A stretch of DNA of 64,000 bases from Patescibacteria group bacterium (GCA_038065395.1 JBBTRB010000004.1:6042-70041); one strand, 5' to 3'; positions 20,441-30,540 are shown, numbered from the stretch's first letter. The notes: a model not told the origin generated them from the sequence alone. Numbers and translations: made by a program.

Positions 20441-20752
20441 ATGAATAAAAAATATTGGCTGAGAGGATTGATGAGCGGGTTAGTCCTAGGTATTCTTGTG
20501 GTCATTGCGCACGAAAATGCATCTGAAATTTTTAGTTTATTTAATATTCATATTCCCTCGAATCCAGCTTCAGGAGATACACCACTTATCTATTTTAAAT
20601 ACACTTTCGTCGTCCAATATTTCTATAATATAGGACTATTTCCATGGTTCTTTTTGTCATACCTGTTGACGGAATTACAATACTTTCTTGTTCCCGTTAC
20701 CTATGGAATTGTAGGAGGTCTAGCAAGTTTCCTTTACGGTCAGACTCGATGA
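20441..20752 (+). CDS. Hypothetical membrane protein
   Basis: Track ORF 20402-20752 begins inside the terminator hairpin; start moved to MNKKYWLRGL. Confidence 0.35.
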   Translation: MNKKYWLRGLMSGLVLGILVVIAHENASEIFSLFNIHIPSNPASGDTPLIYFKYTFVVQYFYNIGLFPWFFLSYLLTELQYFLVPVTYGIVGGLASFLYGQTR

Positions 20753-20775
20753 TTAAAGTGAATTAAATATTCTCT

Positions 20776-21315
20776 ATGCCCACCACCCTACACACGGCCG
20801 TCTTTGGAGGAGGATGCTTCTGGTGCACAGAGGCGACTTTTCAGATGTTGAAAGGGGTACACAAAGTGACGTCGGGGTATGCGGGAGGTACGACTCAAAA
20901 TCCTACCTATGAGCAAGTCTCCAGTGGCACAACTGGCCATGCAGAAGTCATCAAGATAGACTTTGACCCGAGTGTCATATCTTTCTCGGATCTGCTGACA
21001 GTCTTTTTCAATACCCACGACCCGACAACCGTGAACCGTCAGGGTGCAGATGTGGGTACGCAGTATCGATCAGCGATATTTTATTCTAGTCCAGAGCAGA
21101 GAGAGGTTGCAGAGAAACTCATCACTGAGCTTAATAGTTCAAAAGCCTATGAGAACCCGGTAGTGACCGAAGTTGCGCCACTCGGAGAGTTCTACGAAGC
21201 AGAGGAATATCACAAGGATTACTACAAGAACAATTCTAGTCAGGCGTACTGTCAGCTGGTGATCGCTCCGAAACTTGAGAAGATGCAAAAGAGATTTGCG
21301 GAACTTTTGGCATAA
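20776..21315 (+). CDS. msrA: Peptide methionine sulfoxide reductase MsrA
   Basis: GGGCFWC active-site motif; 179 aa. Confidence 0.85.
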   Translation: MPTTLHTAVFGGGCFWCTEATFQMLKGVHKVTSGYAGGTTQNPTYEQVSSGTTGHAEVIKIDFDPSVISFSDLLTVFFNTHDPTTVNRQGADVGTQYRSAIFYSSPEQREVAEKLITELNSSKAYENPVVTEVAPLGEFYEAEEYHKDYYKNNSSQAYCQLVIAPKLEKMQKRFAELLA

Positions 21316-21421
21316 AACACAAAACCCGCCGAAGCGGATTTGCCAGCTTACCATCTGGGTATTTATAGTATACAATTTAATGGTTATATAGTTCAATAGT
21401 TAAATCTTTAAATAACTTTCC

Positions 21422-21820
21422 ATGACCGAAGATGATATAAAAAAGAAACTCACACCCGAAGAGTATGCCGTACTCAGGCAGAAGGGCACCGAAGCACCTT
21501 TTTCAGGGAGGTTGCTCCGTGAGAAGAGATCGGGAACTTATAATTGCAAAGTCTGCAACACCCCGCTCTTCTCTTCTGAGGCGAAGTTCGACTCGGGGAC
21601 GGGGTGGCCAAGCTTCGACCAGGCACTCCCAGGAGCAGTCAAAAGTATTACCGATACGTCACATGGTATGGCGCGCACAGAGATCGTCTGTGCAACGTGT
21701 GATTCTCATTTGGGACATGTATTCGACGATGGTCCGACACCTACAGGCAAAAGGTATTGTCTCAATTCGGTGTGTTTGGATCTGGATCCGCAAGGGAGTG
21801 AGAATAAAAGTTCCTCCTAG
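21422..21820 (+). CDS. msrB: Peptide methionine sulfoxide reductase MsrB
   Basis: Two CxxC zinc motifs ([21 protein letters not shown]) and RYCLNS catalytic region. Confidence 0.85.
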   Translation: MTEDDIKKKLTPEEYAVLRQKGTEAPFSGRLLREKRSGTYNCKVCNTPLFSSEAKFDSGTGWPSFDQALPGAVKSITDTSHGMARTEIVCATCDSHLGHVFDDGPTPTGKRYCLNSVCLDLDPQGSENKSSS

Positions 21821-21904
21821 GTGAGCATTGACGGAGTGTTGCAAACGTCGTGAAAAGATGTATGATGGAGGAAGAGAAAGTGCAACTTCAAAGAAAGGAT
21901 TATT

Positions 21905-22357
21905 GTGCCCACGTTCGTTCAAAACACCCTTGCTAGTCAATTCCCACATCTTCCATTTGCGTTCGAAGCAGACCTGTTCGTTGGAGAAGTTTCAGGAAAG
22001 TCTGTATTTACCCAGATTGCATCTCGCAAAATCGGATTCGTTACCATCATTCAACCAAAGAAAGATCCAGAAAAGAGAGGTTCCGAAAAGGTTGAACCGA
22101 ACAGTCTCCAGGTTGAAAGTAACGGAAAGTTCGATGTTCACTTATTCGGAGATTTTTGCAACGATGGCGATCTGTTAAGGGCCTTCGGGTACCAGCTTGC
22201 TTGCACCTTCGAGTACGAACTGTCAGTGAATCCTCCACGAAAACTCACCTTCGAAGGTCAGGAAAATGAATTCCATCATTTTTGCGAAGCGTTTTGTGAA
22301 CGGTGGGTTCAGCAAGTTCCTATGGCAGAAGCAATTCGGGTGATACGGAACTTCTAA
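21905..22357 (+). CDS. Hypothetical protein
   Basis: ORF followed by a plus-strand hairpin and T-tract at ~22372-22406, which supports a real transcription unit. Confidence 0.4.
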   Translation: MPTFVQNTLASQFPHLPFAFEADLFVGEVSGKSVFTQIASRKIGFVTIIQPKKDPEKRGSEKVEPNSLQVESNGKFDVHLFGDFCNDGDLLRAFGYQLACTFEYELSVNPPRKLTFEGQENEFHHFCEAFCERWVQQVPMAEAIRVIRNF

Positions 22358-22421
22358 GAGAAATTCTCGACACACAAGCCGTCTCCTGACACGAGCGGCT
22401 TTTTTTATTTACCACACAGCC

Positions 22422-23819
22422 CTATTTTTTCTTCTTGATCTCAATACCCAACTCTCGGAGTTGTCTATCTGCAATACTCGAAGGTGAACTCATCATCAGG
22501 TCTTTGCCTTCACCAGTTTTGGCGAATGCGATGACTTCACGGATGGAGGTCTCGTTGCGGAGGAGGGTGACGAGACGGTCGAGACCCCAGGCGATGCCAC
22601 CATGTGGAGGTGTGCCTGACGCGAATGCACGGAGCATATGGCCAAAATTGGCCTCGATTTGTTCGGTAGGGTAGCCCATGATCTCGAAAACCTTCTTGAG
22701 AGCTTCAGGGTTATGGTTGCGGATACTGCCGCCACCGATCTCGAAGCCGTTGAGCACGATGTCGTACTGAGTAGTGAGGATCTCGCCGATCTTCTCTTTG
22801 TTCATGATCCAGGATTCATGTTCTGTCTGTGCACGAGAGAAAGGGTTGTGCGTAAATGTCCAACCACCTTCCTCGGTCTTTTCGAAGAAAGGAAAGTCGA
22901 TCACCCAGCAGAATGCCAAGAGATTCACATCGTCCTTGTCGGTACGGATATCTGGGCGGTCGTTGCCGTATTTCTCCATGGCCTCCTTGTAGGTGATACG
23001 AGGGAAAGGTGTCTGCTGGATCTTCTTCTCAGGGAAGAGGGTCGCCACGATCTCGATCAGCATTTTTTCATTCAAGGCCATGACATCTTCACGGTCGACG
23101 AAACTCATCTCCATGTCCATCTGTGTGAACTCGGGCTGACGATCCGAACGAGTGTCTTCATCACGGAAACAACGCGCGATCTGGAAGTATTTTTCGAAGC
23201 CAGCAGTCATCAGGAGTTGTTTGTATTGCTGGGGTGACTGAGGAAGAGCATAGAAATGACCTTGTTCGAGTCGAGAAGGTACAACATAGTCGCGCGCACC
23301 TTCGGGAGTGGACTTGGTAAGGATCGGGGTTTCGATCTCGGTGAAGCCTTCGACGTCGAGCATGTCTCGAACATGTTTGATGATCTTGTGACGGATGCGG
23401 ATGTTGTCTTGCATACGAGGACGACGGAGGTCGAGGTATCTATGAGCCAGGCGTGTTTCTTCGTTGATCTCTGTGCCTGCGCCACGAACGTCGAAAGCGG
23501 GGGTTTCGGCTTCATTGAGGACGGTCATAGACTTGAGTTCGAGCTCGATCTCGCCGTTAGCCTCATTCTTGGAGATCATGCGCTCGGGACGTTTGTTGAC
23601 GATGCCGGTAGCGGTGACCACCCATTCGGAGCGGACACGGCCTGCAACCTCGTGTGCCTCCTTGTTGTTCGGAAGTGCCACAGACTGTACTTTGCCGGTC
23701 ATATCGCGGATATCTATGAAGATGAGTTTGCCATGGTCACGACGGATATCGATCCAGCCGGAGATAGAAACTTCTGTTCCGATATGGTCTTTGAGGTCTT
23801 TGATATAGGTTCTTTTCAT
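22422..23819 (-). CDS. aspS: Aspartate--tRNA ligase, bacterial-type catalytic core but lacking the GAD insertion domain (466 aa)
   Basis: FYALPQSPQQYKQLLMTAGFEKYFQIARCFRDEDTRSDRQPEFTQMDMEMSF is almost identical to the E. coli AspRS motif 2 region. The track N-terminus (MRGTFKRKLEPYRAYG...) is an artefact of reading through repeat copy B; start set to MKRTYIKDL. Confidence 0.85.
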   Translation of the reverse strand: MKRTYIKDLKDHIGTEVSISGWIDIRRDHGKLIFIDIRDMTGKVQSVALPNNKEAHEVAGRVRSEWVVTATGIVNKRPERMISKNEANGEIELELKSMTVLNEAETPAFDVRGAGTEINEETRLAHRYLDLRRPRMQDNIRIRHKIIKHVRDMLDVEGFTEIETPILTKSTPEGARDYVVPSRLEQGHFYALPQSPQQYKQLLMTAGFEKYFQIARCFRDEDTRSDRQPEFTQMDMEMSFVDREDVMALNEKMLIEIVATLFPEKKIQQTPFPRITYKEAMEKYGNDRPDIRTDKDDVNLLAFCWVIDFPFFEKTEEGGWTFTHNPFSRAQTEHESWIMNKEKIGEILTTQYDIVLNGFEIGGGSIRNHNPEALKKVFEIMGYPTEQIEANFGHMLRAFASGTPPHGGIAWGLDRLVTLLRNETSIREVIAFAKTGEGKDLMMSSPSSIADRQLRELGIEIKKKK

Positions 23820-23841
23820 GGGGATTACTATAGCACAACTA

Positions 23842-23964
23842 AGAGCTAGTCCACTATCTTCATCTGCTTCGTTACTTTCTACGCTCAAACTCTCACCGTA
23901 TGCTCGATACGGCTCGAGTTTTCGCTTGAAAGTGCCTCGCATATGAAAGATAGTGGATACGCTC
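23842..23964 (+). repeat. Structured intergenic repeat, copy B (between divergent aspS and nrnA)
   Basis: Same element as 16155-16276; the loop of hairpin 1 differs (gctcg vs acacg) while the stem is conserved. Confidence 0.6.
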
Positions 23965-24008
23965 TCCTGCTTTTACGTTTCAATTATTGCGTGCTACGAT
24001 GAACATAT

Positions 24009-25028
24009 ATGATGACTGACATCTCACCTCTCGTCACCGAAAAAGCCCCGCTGATCCTGGCGGAGATACATAAGGCCAACAGTATCCTTTTGCATTGCCA
24101 TCCATCACCAGATCCGGACTCGGTAGGGTCGGCGTTGGCGATGAAGTTCGCGTTGGAACAACTGGGCAAGAAAGTCACCGTCATCCGTGGTGACTCCCAA
24201 ATTCCTGTGGCATTTTCGCACTTTCCGGGGGTAGGCGATATCGTGCAGAAAAACTTCTTTGAGATTGACCCCCAGGATTTTGACCTTTTTATTGTTCAGG
24301 ACTCCGGTTCTCCTGAGATGGTCTCTCGACTCCAACCTATCCCCGTGCCTGTTCCGATCAAGACGATTGTCATCGATCATCATGCCTCGAACACAGGCTA
24401 TGGCGATCTCAACCTGATCGAACCAAAGTATCCGGCTACCGCACAAATGCTATTCGATCTTTTGTTGCTATGGAATGTGAAGTTGGATGTGAATATTGCC
24501 TCGAATCTGTTTATTGGCGTCTACACTGATACCGGAGGGTTCAAGTATGCAGGTACCACTACCAGAACGTTTCGTATTGCCAGTGAACTCATCAAATACG
24601 TTCCTGATTTTGCCAATCTCATTTCACAGATGGAGAATTCCAACACCCCTGCCGATGTTGCATTCCAGGCACTCGCATTGTCATCCATCGAAACCTTCTT
24701 CGAAGGCAAACTGGCGCTTTCGGTCGTATCTCATGCATCTATCGTGGAGAAGGCTATACCTCTCGAAGATGCCCAGGCACACGCCATCTCACCAGCATTG
24801 CGTCGTGTGCGCCAATGGATGATCACTGGTGTACTCGTCGAACAAGTCCCTGGTACGATCAAACTGAGTTTCCGTAGCAAAGACGGCACCACGATCGATG
24901 TCTCACGACTGGCTGTTGCACTTGGTGGCGGTGGACATAAAGCTGCTGCAGGTTCGGTATTCAAGGGTTCGATCGAGGATGCAAAGGAACTAGTTGTCGC
25001 CAAAGCCAAGGAACTGTATAATCTCTAA
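24009..25028 (+). CDS. nrnA: DHH/DHHA1 phosphoesterase (NrnA-like oligoribonuclease/pAp phosphatase)
   Basis: HCHPSPDPDSVGSALAM, VIDHHA and GGGH motifs. Confidence 0.7.
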   Translation: MMTDISPLVTEKAPLILAEIHKANSILLHCHPSPDPDSVGSALAMKFALEQLGKKVTVIRGDSQIPVAFSHFPGVGDIVQKNFFEIDPQDFDLFIVQDSGSPEMVSRLQPIPVPVPIKTIVIDHHASNTGYGDLNLIEPKYPATAQMLFDLLLLWNVKLDVNIASNLFIGVYTDTGGFKYAGTTTRTFRIASELIKYVPDFANLISQMENSNTPADVAFQALALSSIETFFEGKLALSVVSHASIVEKAIPLEDAQAHAISPALRRVRQWMITGVLVEQVPGTIKLSFRSKDGTTIDVSRLAVALGGGGHKAAAGSVFKGSIEDAKELVVAKAKELYNL

Positions 25029-25032
25029 CCAT

Positions 25033-25707
25033 ATGAATTCAACACATATCATCGCACTTGGAGCACTTATTATCATTGCAGGTGCCTGGTTTACGTTCGA
25101 TCGCAAAGCTGCACCAGTATCCATTCAGACGACAGAGAGTTACTCGACCGAACAGCTAGCATCTTCGATAATTGCTACAACATCGAGTACTACGAGCACT
25201 ATTACTACTTCATCATCTACACCAACATCCATGAATACCATCACTATAGAAACAACCAAGGGTACGATTGTTTTTGAAACCTTCAACAGTGACGCTCCTA
25301 AGACTGTAGAGAATTTTATTACTTTGGCTAATGACGGCTTTTACAATGGCGTCATCTTCCACCGTGTGATCAGTGGCTTCATGATCCAGGGCGGTGATCC
25401 GACAGGCACCGGCATGGGAGGTCCGGGATACAAGTTCGCTGATGAGCTCAACTCAGCAACCGAATCCTACAAGCGTGGCTATGTCCGTGGCACCGTTGCG
25501 ATGGCCAACTCTGGTCCCAACACCAACGGCAGTCAGTTCTTCATCATGCACAAAGACACGCCATTGCCGAATGCCTACACCATCTTCGGTCGCGTGATCT
25601 CGGGTATGGAGGTCGTCGATGCGATCGCTGCATCGGAAGTCAACAGTAGTGATCGTCCGCTGGTGGATGTAGTTATGAAAAAGGTGACCGTAGGGGAGAA
25701 GAAGTAA
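25033..25707 (+). CDS. ppiB: Cyclophilin-type peptidyl-prolyl cis-trans isomerase with N-terminal TM/linker
   Basis: FHRVISGFMIQGGDPTGTGMGGPGYKFADE...NGSQFFI cyclophilin signature. Start at MNSTHII. Confidence 0.8.
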   Translation: MNSTHIIALGALIIIAGAWFTFDRKAAPVSIQTTESYSTEQLASSIIATTSSTTSTITTSSSTPTSMNTITIETTKGTIVFETFNSDAPKTVENFITLANDGFYNGVIFHRVISGFMIQGGDPTGTGMGGPGYKFADELNSATESYKRGYVRGTVAMANSGPNTNGSQFFIMHKDTPLPNAYTIFGRVISGMEVVDAIAASEVNSSDRPLVDVVMKKVTVGEKK

Positions 25708-25740
25708 GAAAGAAAAAAAGTGATTAGTAACTAGAAAAGT

Positions 25741-25777
25741 AAATCTGCCATTGACACATGGCGGATTTACTTTTTTG
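25741..25777 (+). terminator. Intrinsic terminator (AAATCTGCCAT-tgacac-ATGGCGGATTT followed by acTTTTTT)
   Basis: 11-bp stem plus T-tract after ppiB. Confidence 0.55.
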
Positions 25778-25833
25778 ATATTGAGGTGTAGGATAGTGAC
25801 TAGACAAAAACCCATAAAGAGAAGGATTGATCC

Positions 25834-26343
25834 ATGTCAGAAAACACAAACGAAGTAAAGGTTTCAAAGTTTTTTGTCGAACCTTTTGGTGAGACAAACG
25901 AGACCCTTTTCAGGGAAATCGTCGATGATACCTCGGGTAATGGGGAATTCCGACAGCTCAAAGATGTCGAGGGGAATGGTCATAATGTCGTCGAATTGAC
26001 TGTCGAGCAATTTTGCAAATTGTTGCGTCACAAACAACAACGATGCCACCAATTCCACGTATTCATTGAGACAGATGGCGGCCTTCTCCAGAGGATTCAG
26101 GTCATCATCGAGGATGAAGCCACACATCGAACCTTCGATGCGATCCTCCAGGACATCTCTGCGATCATGCCACAGGTGACGCTTCAGGATATGCCCGAAC
26201 TCCTTAGTCGGTCCAAGATCCAGCCAGTCCAAGGCAGATCACCTCACTGGTTCGGGAGTCCAGCCTGGAAGCAGAATAGACGTCCCAGGCACACTCCCGG
26301 GTACATTCGTCGAAGGTTTTCTCGCGGAAGTCATCGGCCATAA
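25834..26343 (+). CDS. Hypothetical protein (ambiguous: overlaps an equally plausible 122-aa ORF on the minus strand, 25864-26232)
   Basis: Two mutually exclusive ORFs; the plus ORF has an odd R/P/G-rich tail, the minus ORF is acidic. Cannot be resolved from sequence alone. Confidence 0.25.
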   Translation: MSENTNEVKVSKFFVEPFGETNETLFREIVDDTSGNGEFRQLKDVEGNGHNVVELTVEQFCKLLRHKQQRCHQFHVFIETDGGLLQRIQVIIEDEATHRTFDAILQDISAIMPQVTLQDMPELLSRSKIQPVQGRSPHWFGSPAWKQNRRPRHTPGYIRRRFSRGSHRP

Positions 26344-26443
26344 GCTTCACGCACATTCACATCGCCTCAAGGAACAGTCCTGGGGCGATTTTTCATACAA
26401 AAAAGCGCTCCGACGAGTATCGGGGCGCGTGAGACGGATCTTC

Positions 26444-27193
26444 TCAGGAGAGCACTTTCTGGTTTCGCTTCGAGCTCTTACCTTTTCTGATTCGCCTTCT
26501 ACTTTGGCTTTTTTTCTCATCTCGAATCTTCGCTCTTCTGTGAGCTTCTGCCTTCTTTTGATCCAAGACGATCAAACACCATTTGATCGTCTGTTCGGTG
26601 AAGAGACATTGACGTCCCTGTACCGTGGTATTTATGCCCCCGAGTACAGGTATCTGTCCAGATTTGACCACATGCGAAATATGGGCCTTGAACGTGTTAG
26701 CAATCGAACCTTCACCCCTTTGGTCCTTGTGGAAAGGGTGGTGTGACCCGACAGGGGTACCTCCGATCTGACGCGACCAATATTCGAATGTGTGCCGGTC
26801 ATTGTTTCTCTTGGACAAAGTCCCTCTGCGGAAGAGTTTTGTTCGATAGAGCTTTTCGTGGGCAGCTCTTCGTGCAGAAGAGTCGTCCCGAGGGATCATG
26901 GTGAGAGTGGCGATGATATCGGTTGCACTGAAGGCCCCATTCACCCGACCATCAGCGAGTGAGATGATCAGATATTCTATCTGTTTAATTCTGAACTGAG
27001 ACAGAGTTCTGAGTACGACTTCGCCACATTCTGCACACTCTCTCACGGTAAAGTAGGCACCGTGAGGATTGTTCGGTTGCGGTTCGAGAACATCATGAGG
27101 AAGTATCACAAAGATTCCTTTCTGTTTGTGTTGTTGGGTTTTGAAAGACCGAAGATTCATCGCTAGTCTATCACATCGGACTTTTTGTTTCAT
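26444..27193 (-). CDS. Hypothetical protein with CxxC motif and a very basic C-terminal tail
   Basis: ORF; start taken at MKQKVRCDR. Hairpin with flanking A/T runs at ~26395-26430 downstream. Confidence 0.4.
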   Translation of the reverse strand: MKQKVRCDRLAMNLRSFKTQQHKQKGIFVILPHDVLEPQPNNPHGAYFTVRECAECGEVVLRTLSQFRIKQIEYLIISLADGRVNGAFSATDIIATLTMIPRDDSSARRAAHEKLYRTKLFRRGTLSKRNNDRHTFEYWSRQIGGTPVGSHHPFHKDQRGEGSIANTFKAHISHVVKSGQIPVLGGINTTVQGRQCLFTEQTIKWCLIVLDQKKAEAHRRAKIRDEKKSQSRRRIRKGKSSKRNQKVLS

Positions 27194-27207
27194 GGTATTA
27201 TTCTCCC

Positions 27208-27972
27208 ATGTCCGAATACTACAAACCTCACCGAACACGCAATATATTCGACCCACAGAGCACTGACACCTTCCGTGTGAGTCGTTCCAAGATCGATTTG
27301 TTCATGAATTGTCCGCTCTGCTTCTATCTCGACGCACGACTCGGGGTAGGGAGACCGCCAGGGTTCCCTTTTGCGCTCAACTCTGCCGTGGACTCATTAC
27401 TCAAAAAAGAGTTTGACATTCATCGTGCCAAGAAGCGTCCTCATCCGTTGATGGGTGCATATGGCCTGACCGATGTCGTCCCTTATGCCCATGAAGACAT
27501 GGATCTGTGGCGTACCAACTTCAAGGGTATAACCCATGTCCACGAACCGACCAACTTTCTCGTAACTGGCGCGATCGATGATATTTGGATCAATAGTGCA
27601 GGTGAGTTGATCATCGTCGACTACAAGTCAACCAGCAAAGAAGAGAAGGTCACCCTCGACAAAGAATGGCAAATCGGCTACAAACGTCAGATGGAAGTGT
27701 ACCAGTGGCTTTTCCGGAGGAATGATTTCACGGTGTCTTCGACAGGGTATTTTGTCTACTGCAACGGCAAGACTGACCGAGAGGCCTTCGATGCCAAGCT
27801 GGATTTCGATATCGACCTCATACCCTATACGGGTGACGATGGGTGGGTAGAGCCGGCACTACGAGATATGCGTGCATGCCTGACGCTCGAGAAGCCGCCC
27901 AAGCCTGCTGCAGCATGTGACTACTGTGCCTACCGCAAAGCCGCTCGAGATGTGCAAACGAAGATCAAATGA
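27208..27972 (+). CDS. PD-(D/E)xK nuclease superfamily protein with a Cas4/RecB-like four-cysteine cluster
   Basis: Conserved ...GAIDDIW...IVDYKST (D...D-x-K) motif. N-terminal CPLC and C-terminal CDYCAY cysteines, as in Cas4/AddB-type Fe-S nucleases. No CRISPR nearby. Confidence 0.5.
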   Translation: MSEYYKPHRTRNIFDPQSTDTFRVSRSKIDLFMNCPLCFYLDARLGVGRPPGFPFALNSAVDSLLKKEFDIHRAKKRPHPLMGAYGLTDVVPYAHEDMDLWRTNFKGITHVHEPTNFLVTGAIDDIWINSAGELIIVDYKSTSKEEKVTLDKEWQIGYKRQMEVYQWLFRRNDFTVSSTGYFVYCNGKTDREAFDAKLDFDIDLIPYTGDDGWVEPALRDMRACLTLEKPPKPAAACDYCAYRKAARDVQTKIK

Positions 27973-28037
27973 CAATAGAAGAAGTGAGCTTGAATGTGAT
28001 ACTATAGAGCGACATTTAATCAATAAGCATACATAAT

Positions 28038-28523
28038 ATGAATACAACACGTTTTTCGTCAGCATGGAAAGCAGATCTCGGTATCCTGATCCTTCGCGTC
28101 GGTCTCGGCGTCACCTTCCTCGTACATGGCATAGCTAAGCTCAGTGGCATGGAAGGAACTATCGGATTCTTCGGATCACTGGGACTTCACTCGAGTCTTG
28201 CTTGGGCTGTAGCACTCATTGAGACTATTGGCGGAGCGATGCTCATCCTCGGTGTTTGGACGATGGTACCAGCTCTTCTTCTTGTGGCTGTTATGATCGG
28301 AGCTATTATTACAACCAAGATAGGTAAACCTTTTATGGGGGGTTATGAACTCGACTTCGTACTCCTGATGTCGCTCCTTGCAGCGGCAACTCTCGGGTCT
28401 GGCAAGTATGCCCTGACCAAAGGTTCTTCATGTGACTCGTGTGGCGCATGTGGTTGCAATTGCCACGAAGGCGACAAGCGTTGCGGGGTGGACGGAAAAT
28501 GTGAAGGTTGTACCTGTGCTTAG
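28038..28523 (+). CDS. DoxX family membrane protein fused to a Cys-rich (metallothionein-like) C-terminal tail
   Basis: LILRVGLGVTFLVHGIAKL DoxX motif; the last 33 aa contain 12 Cys (SCDSCGACGCNCHEGDKRCGVDGKCEGCTCA). Confidence 0.55.
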   Translation: MNTTRFSSAWKADLGILILRVGLGVTFLVHGIAKLSGMEGTIGFFGSLGLHSSLAWAVALIETIGGAMLILGVWTMVPALLLVAVMIGAIITTKIGKPFMGGYELDFVLLMSLLAAATLGSGKYALTKGSSCDSCGACGCNCHEGDKRCGVDGKCEGCTCA

Positions 28524-28562
28524 GAGAGCTAGTCCAGCATCTCCATCCGCTCCGTTATTTTC
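28524..28562 (+). repeat. Truncated copy C of the structured repeat (5' ~40 nt only), directly after the stop codon of the DoxX-Cys gene
   Basis: gagagctagtccagcatctccatccgctccgttattttct aligns with the 5' ends of copies A and B, then diverges. Confidence 0.35.
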
Positions 28563-29526
28563 TCGACAATGGAATAACTATCTCACACACCGTGCCGATC
28601 TTCGGCACGTTTGTGATAGAGAGGGTGCCGGCGAGCTCGTCTTCAACGATTGACTTCACGGTCATGAGACCAGTTCCTGTGCCACTTTTCTTGGTGGTGA
28701 AGGGACGTACCAAGATTGTATCGACATGGTGGTCAGGTATACCTGGCCCATTGTCGGTTATGGATATGCGGATACCATGAGCTTCCGTATTTGTAATATC
28801 AATGATCACTTGTTTGTCATCAGGGGAAGGTGTATCAGCATGAGCCTCGACTGCATTGGAAATAGTATTGAGGAATAGTTGCTGCAGACGTACCGAGTGG
28901 ATCGGTACAGTGAAATGATCATGATTCTGAACAGCGATCGTCACACCAGCGATGCGAGCTTTGTAGGCCAGAAGGTCGAGCACGATCGCAAGCTCACGAG
29001 TACTATCTGCATGTACTTCGCCAGGTACAGGTAGCGGATGTTGCATGACGGCACGGATACTTTCCATGAAAGATGCCATCCGACGTGATGCTTCGACTGC
29101 TGTCTGCACCGTCTGGGAAGTCTCGTTGGTTGTAGATGTGTCTGACTTTGTTGCGAGGCGTTCTACTGAGAGTGATACTGCTGATAGTGGTCCGATCAGG
29201 TCATGGAATAATCCTTTGGAGAGCTTACCAAACTCGGCGATACGCTCCAACTCTTGGCGATGTGCCTTTTGCGCATCGACGAGTTCTAGGGTGCGGTTCG
29301 AGATCTTGTATTCCAGGGAGAACCTGTCTGTCTCGAGTGAAGCATCGATTGTATGGATATGTTCTCGAGATCGACGATGTTCTCTGTAGACCAGATAGAG
29401 GATAGTTGCACCACAGAGGACGATGATACCGAGCGTCGAGAAGTCCAAGATACTATCTGCGAGTCCAGGCACGAATACAGCGGGATATACTCTATCCCGC
29501 TGTAGGAGTTGGACTCTGATACCCAT
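28555..29526 (-). CDS. Sensor histidine kinase (single TM, HisKA + HATPase_c)
   Basis: H-box FHDLIGPLSAV, N/G boxes (NAVEAH, DNGPGI, GTGTGL). Track start 29601 is probably too far upstream. Confidence 0.7.
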   Translation of the reverse strand: MGIRVQLLQRDRVYPAVFVPGLADSILDFSTLGIIVLCGATILYLVYREHRRSREHIHTIDASLETDRFSLEYKISNRTLELVDAQKAHRQELERIAEFGKLSKGLFHDLIGPLSAVSLSVERLATKSDTSTTNETSQTVQTAVEASRRMASFMESIRAVMQHPLPVPGEVHADSTRELAIVLDLLAYKARIAGVTIAVQNHDHFTVPIHSVRLQQLFLNTISNAVEAHADTPSPDDKQVIIDITNTEAHGIRISITDNGPGIPDHHVDTILVRPFTTKKSGTGTGLMTVKSIVEDELAGTLSITNVPKIGTVCEIVIPLSRK

Positions 29527-29757
29527 ATACAACCGTGTCGCTACGCACCTGCCAGGATGGTATGACTCTAGAGGAGTTGTATGTGCAGAGAATGGAGTCA
29601 TATGAGCTCACGTTCAAGGATACCTCTATCCCCGAACAGGAAGATCGTGAGCCTATGATACTGAAAATAATGATTATGTCGACTCATAATCCTTGATACG
29701 TTAGCCTGGCGAGATAAAATCCGTATGAATTTTGTCTCAAAAAAGGATAAAAATACA

Positions 29758-30447
29758 TTAAAATTTTGATAAATTTTCCGGTGTATCGATGACATAGCCT
29801 CGTCCAGGGAGGTTAATGATGAGATCTGCATGCCCATGTGCAGTGAGCTTTTTGCGGACATTGCGTATATGAGCCTCTACGGTGTTGGAATATGGGTCAC
29901 TCTCGGCAGTCCATACATGTTCCATGATGAGCGACCGTGACATGACGACGCCTGCATGGTGCATGAGGTAGGAGAGCAGGTTGAACTCTTTGCGAGTCAG
30001 GTGGAGTGGGGTACCACCGCGTTCGACGGTCTGGGTTTCGGTATTGAGGTTGACGTTGTCTACGGTGATGATCGGGGACTTGATCTGTGGTGATCTGCGA
30101 GCCATGGCGTCGAGTCGAGCCGAGAGCTCGATCATCGAGAATGGTTTGGTGACATAGTCGTCGGCTCCTTCCTCGAATGCACGGACTTTGGTGTCAGTAT
30201 CGCCGATCACCGAGAGGAAGAGTATCGGTGTAGACTTGCCAGAAGCACGGATCTCTCTACATACGGTCAGGCCATCTTTCTTGGGGAGTGCATGGTCGAG
30301 TATGATAGCGTCGTACGGATAGCTTCTTCCCATGAATGAGCCATCGGCACCGTTGGTCGCCACGTCGACGATATGAGATTTTGCCCCAAGACCCAACCGC
30401 ACATTCTCTGCGAGTGCCTGATCATCCTCTACGATGAGAACTTTCAT
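29758..30447 (-). CDS. OmpR-family response regulator (REC + winged-helix)
   Basis: MKVLIVEDD..., conserved Asp in LDHALPKKDG, C-terminal trans_reg_C. Confidence 0.8.
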   Translation of the reverse strand: MKVLIVEDDQALAENVRLGLGAKSHIVDVATNGADGSFMGRSYPYDAIILDHALPKKDGLTVCREIRASGKSTPILFLSVIGDTDTKVRAFEEGADDYVTKPFSMIELSARLDAMARRSPQIKSPIITVDNVNLNTETQTVERGGTPLHLTRKEFNLLSYLMHHAGVVMSRSLIMEHVWTAESDPYSNTVEAHIRNVRKKLTAHGHADLIINLPGRGYVIDTPENLSKF

Positions 30448-30540
30448 AATGTCGGCAGTATAGCAGAGTTAGCAAAAAGAAGTCTATAGAGTGCGCAGGC
30501 ACTGTGCTCTCGGGCACACTCGATCACTGCGTTCTCTCGG

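Noticed and set aside
25864-26232. 122-aa acidic ORF on the minus strand as alternative to the plus-strand 25834-26343 ORF
   Set aside because: Not rejected outright. The two are mutually exclusive and sequence alone cannot decide; the plus ORF is listed as a feature at low confidence and this one is recorded here.
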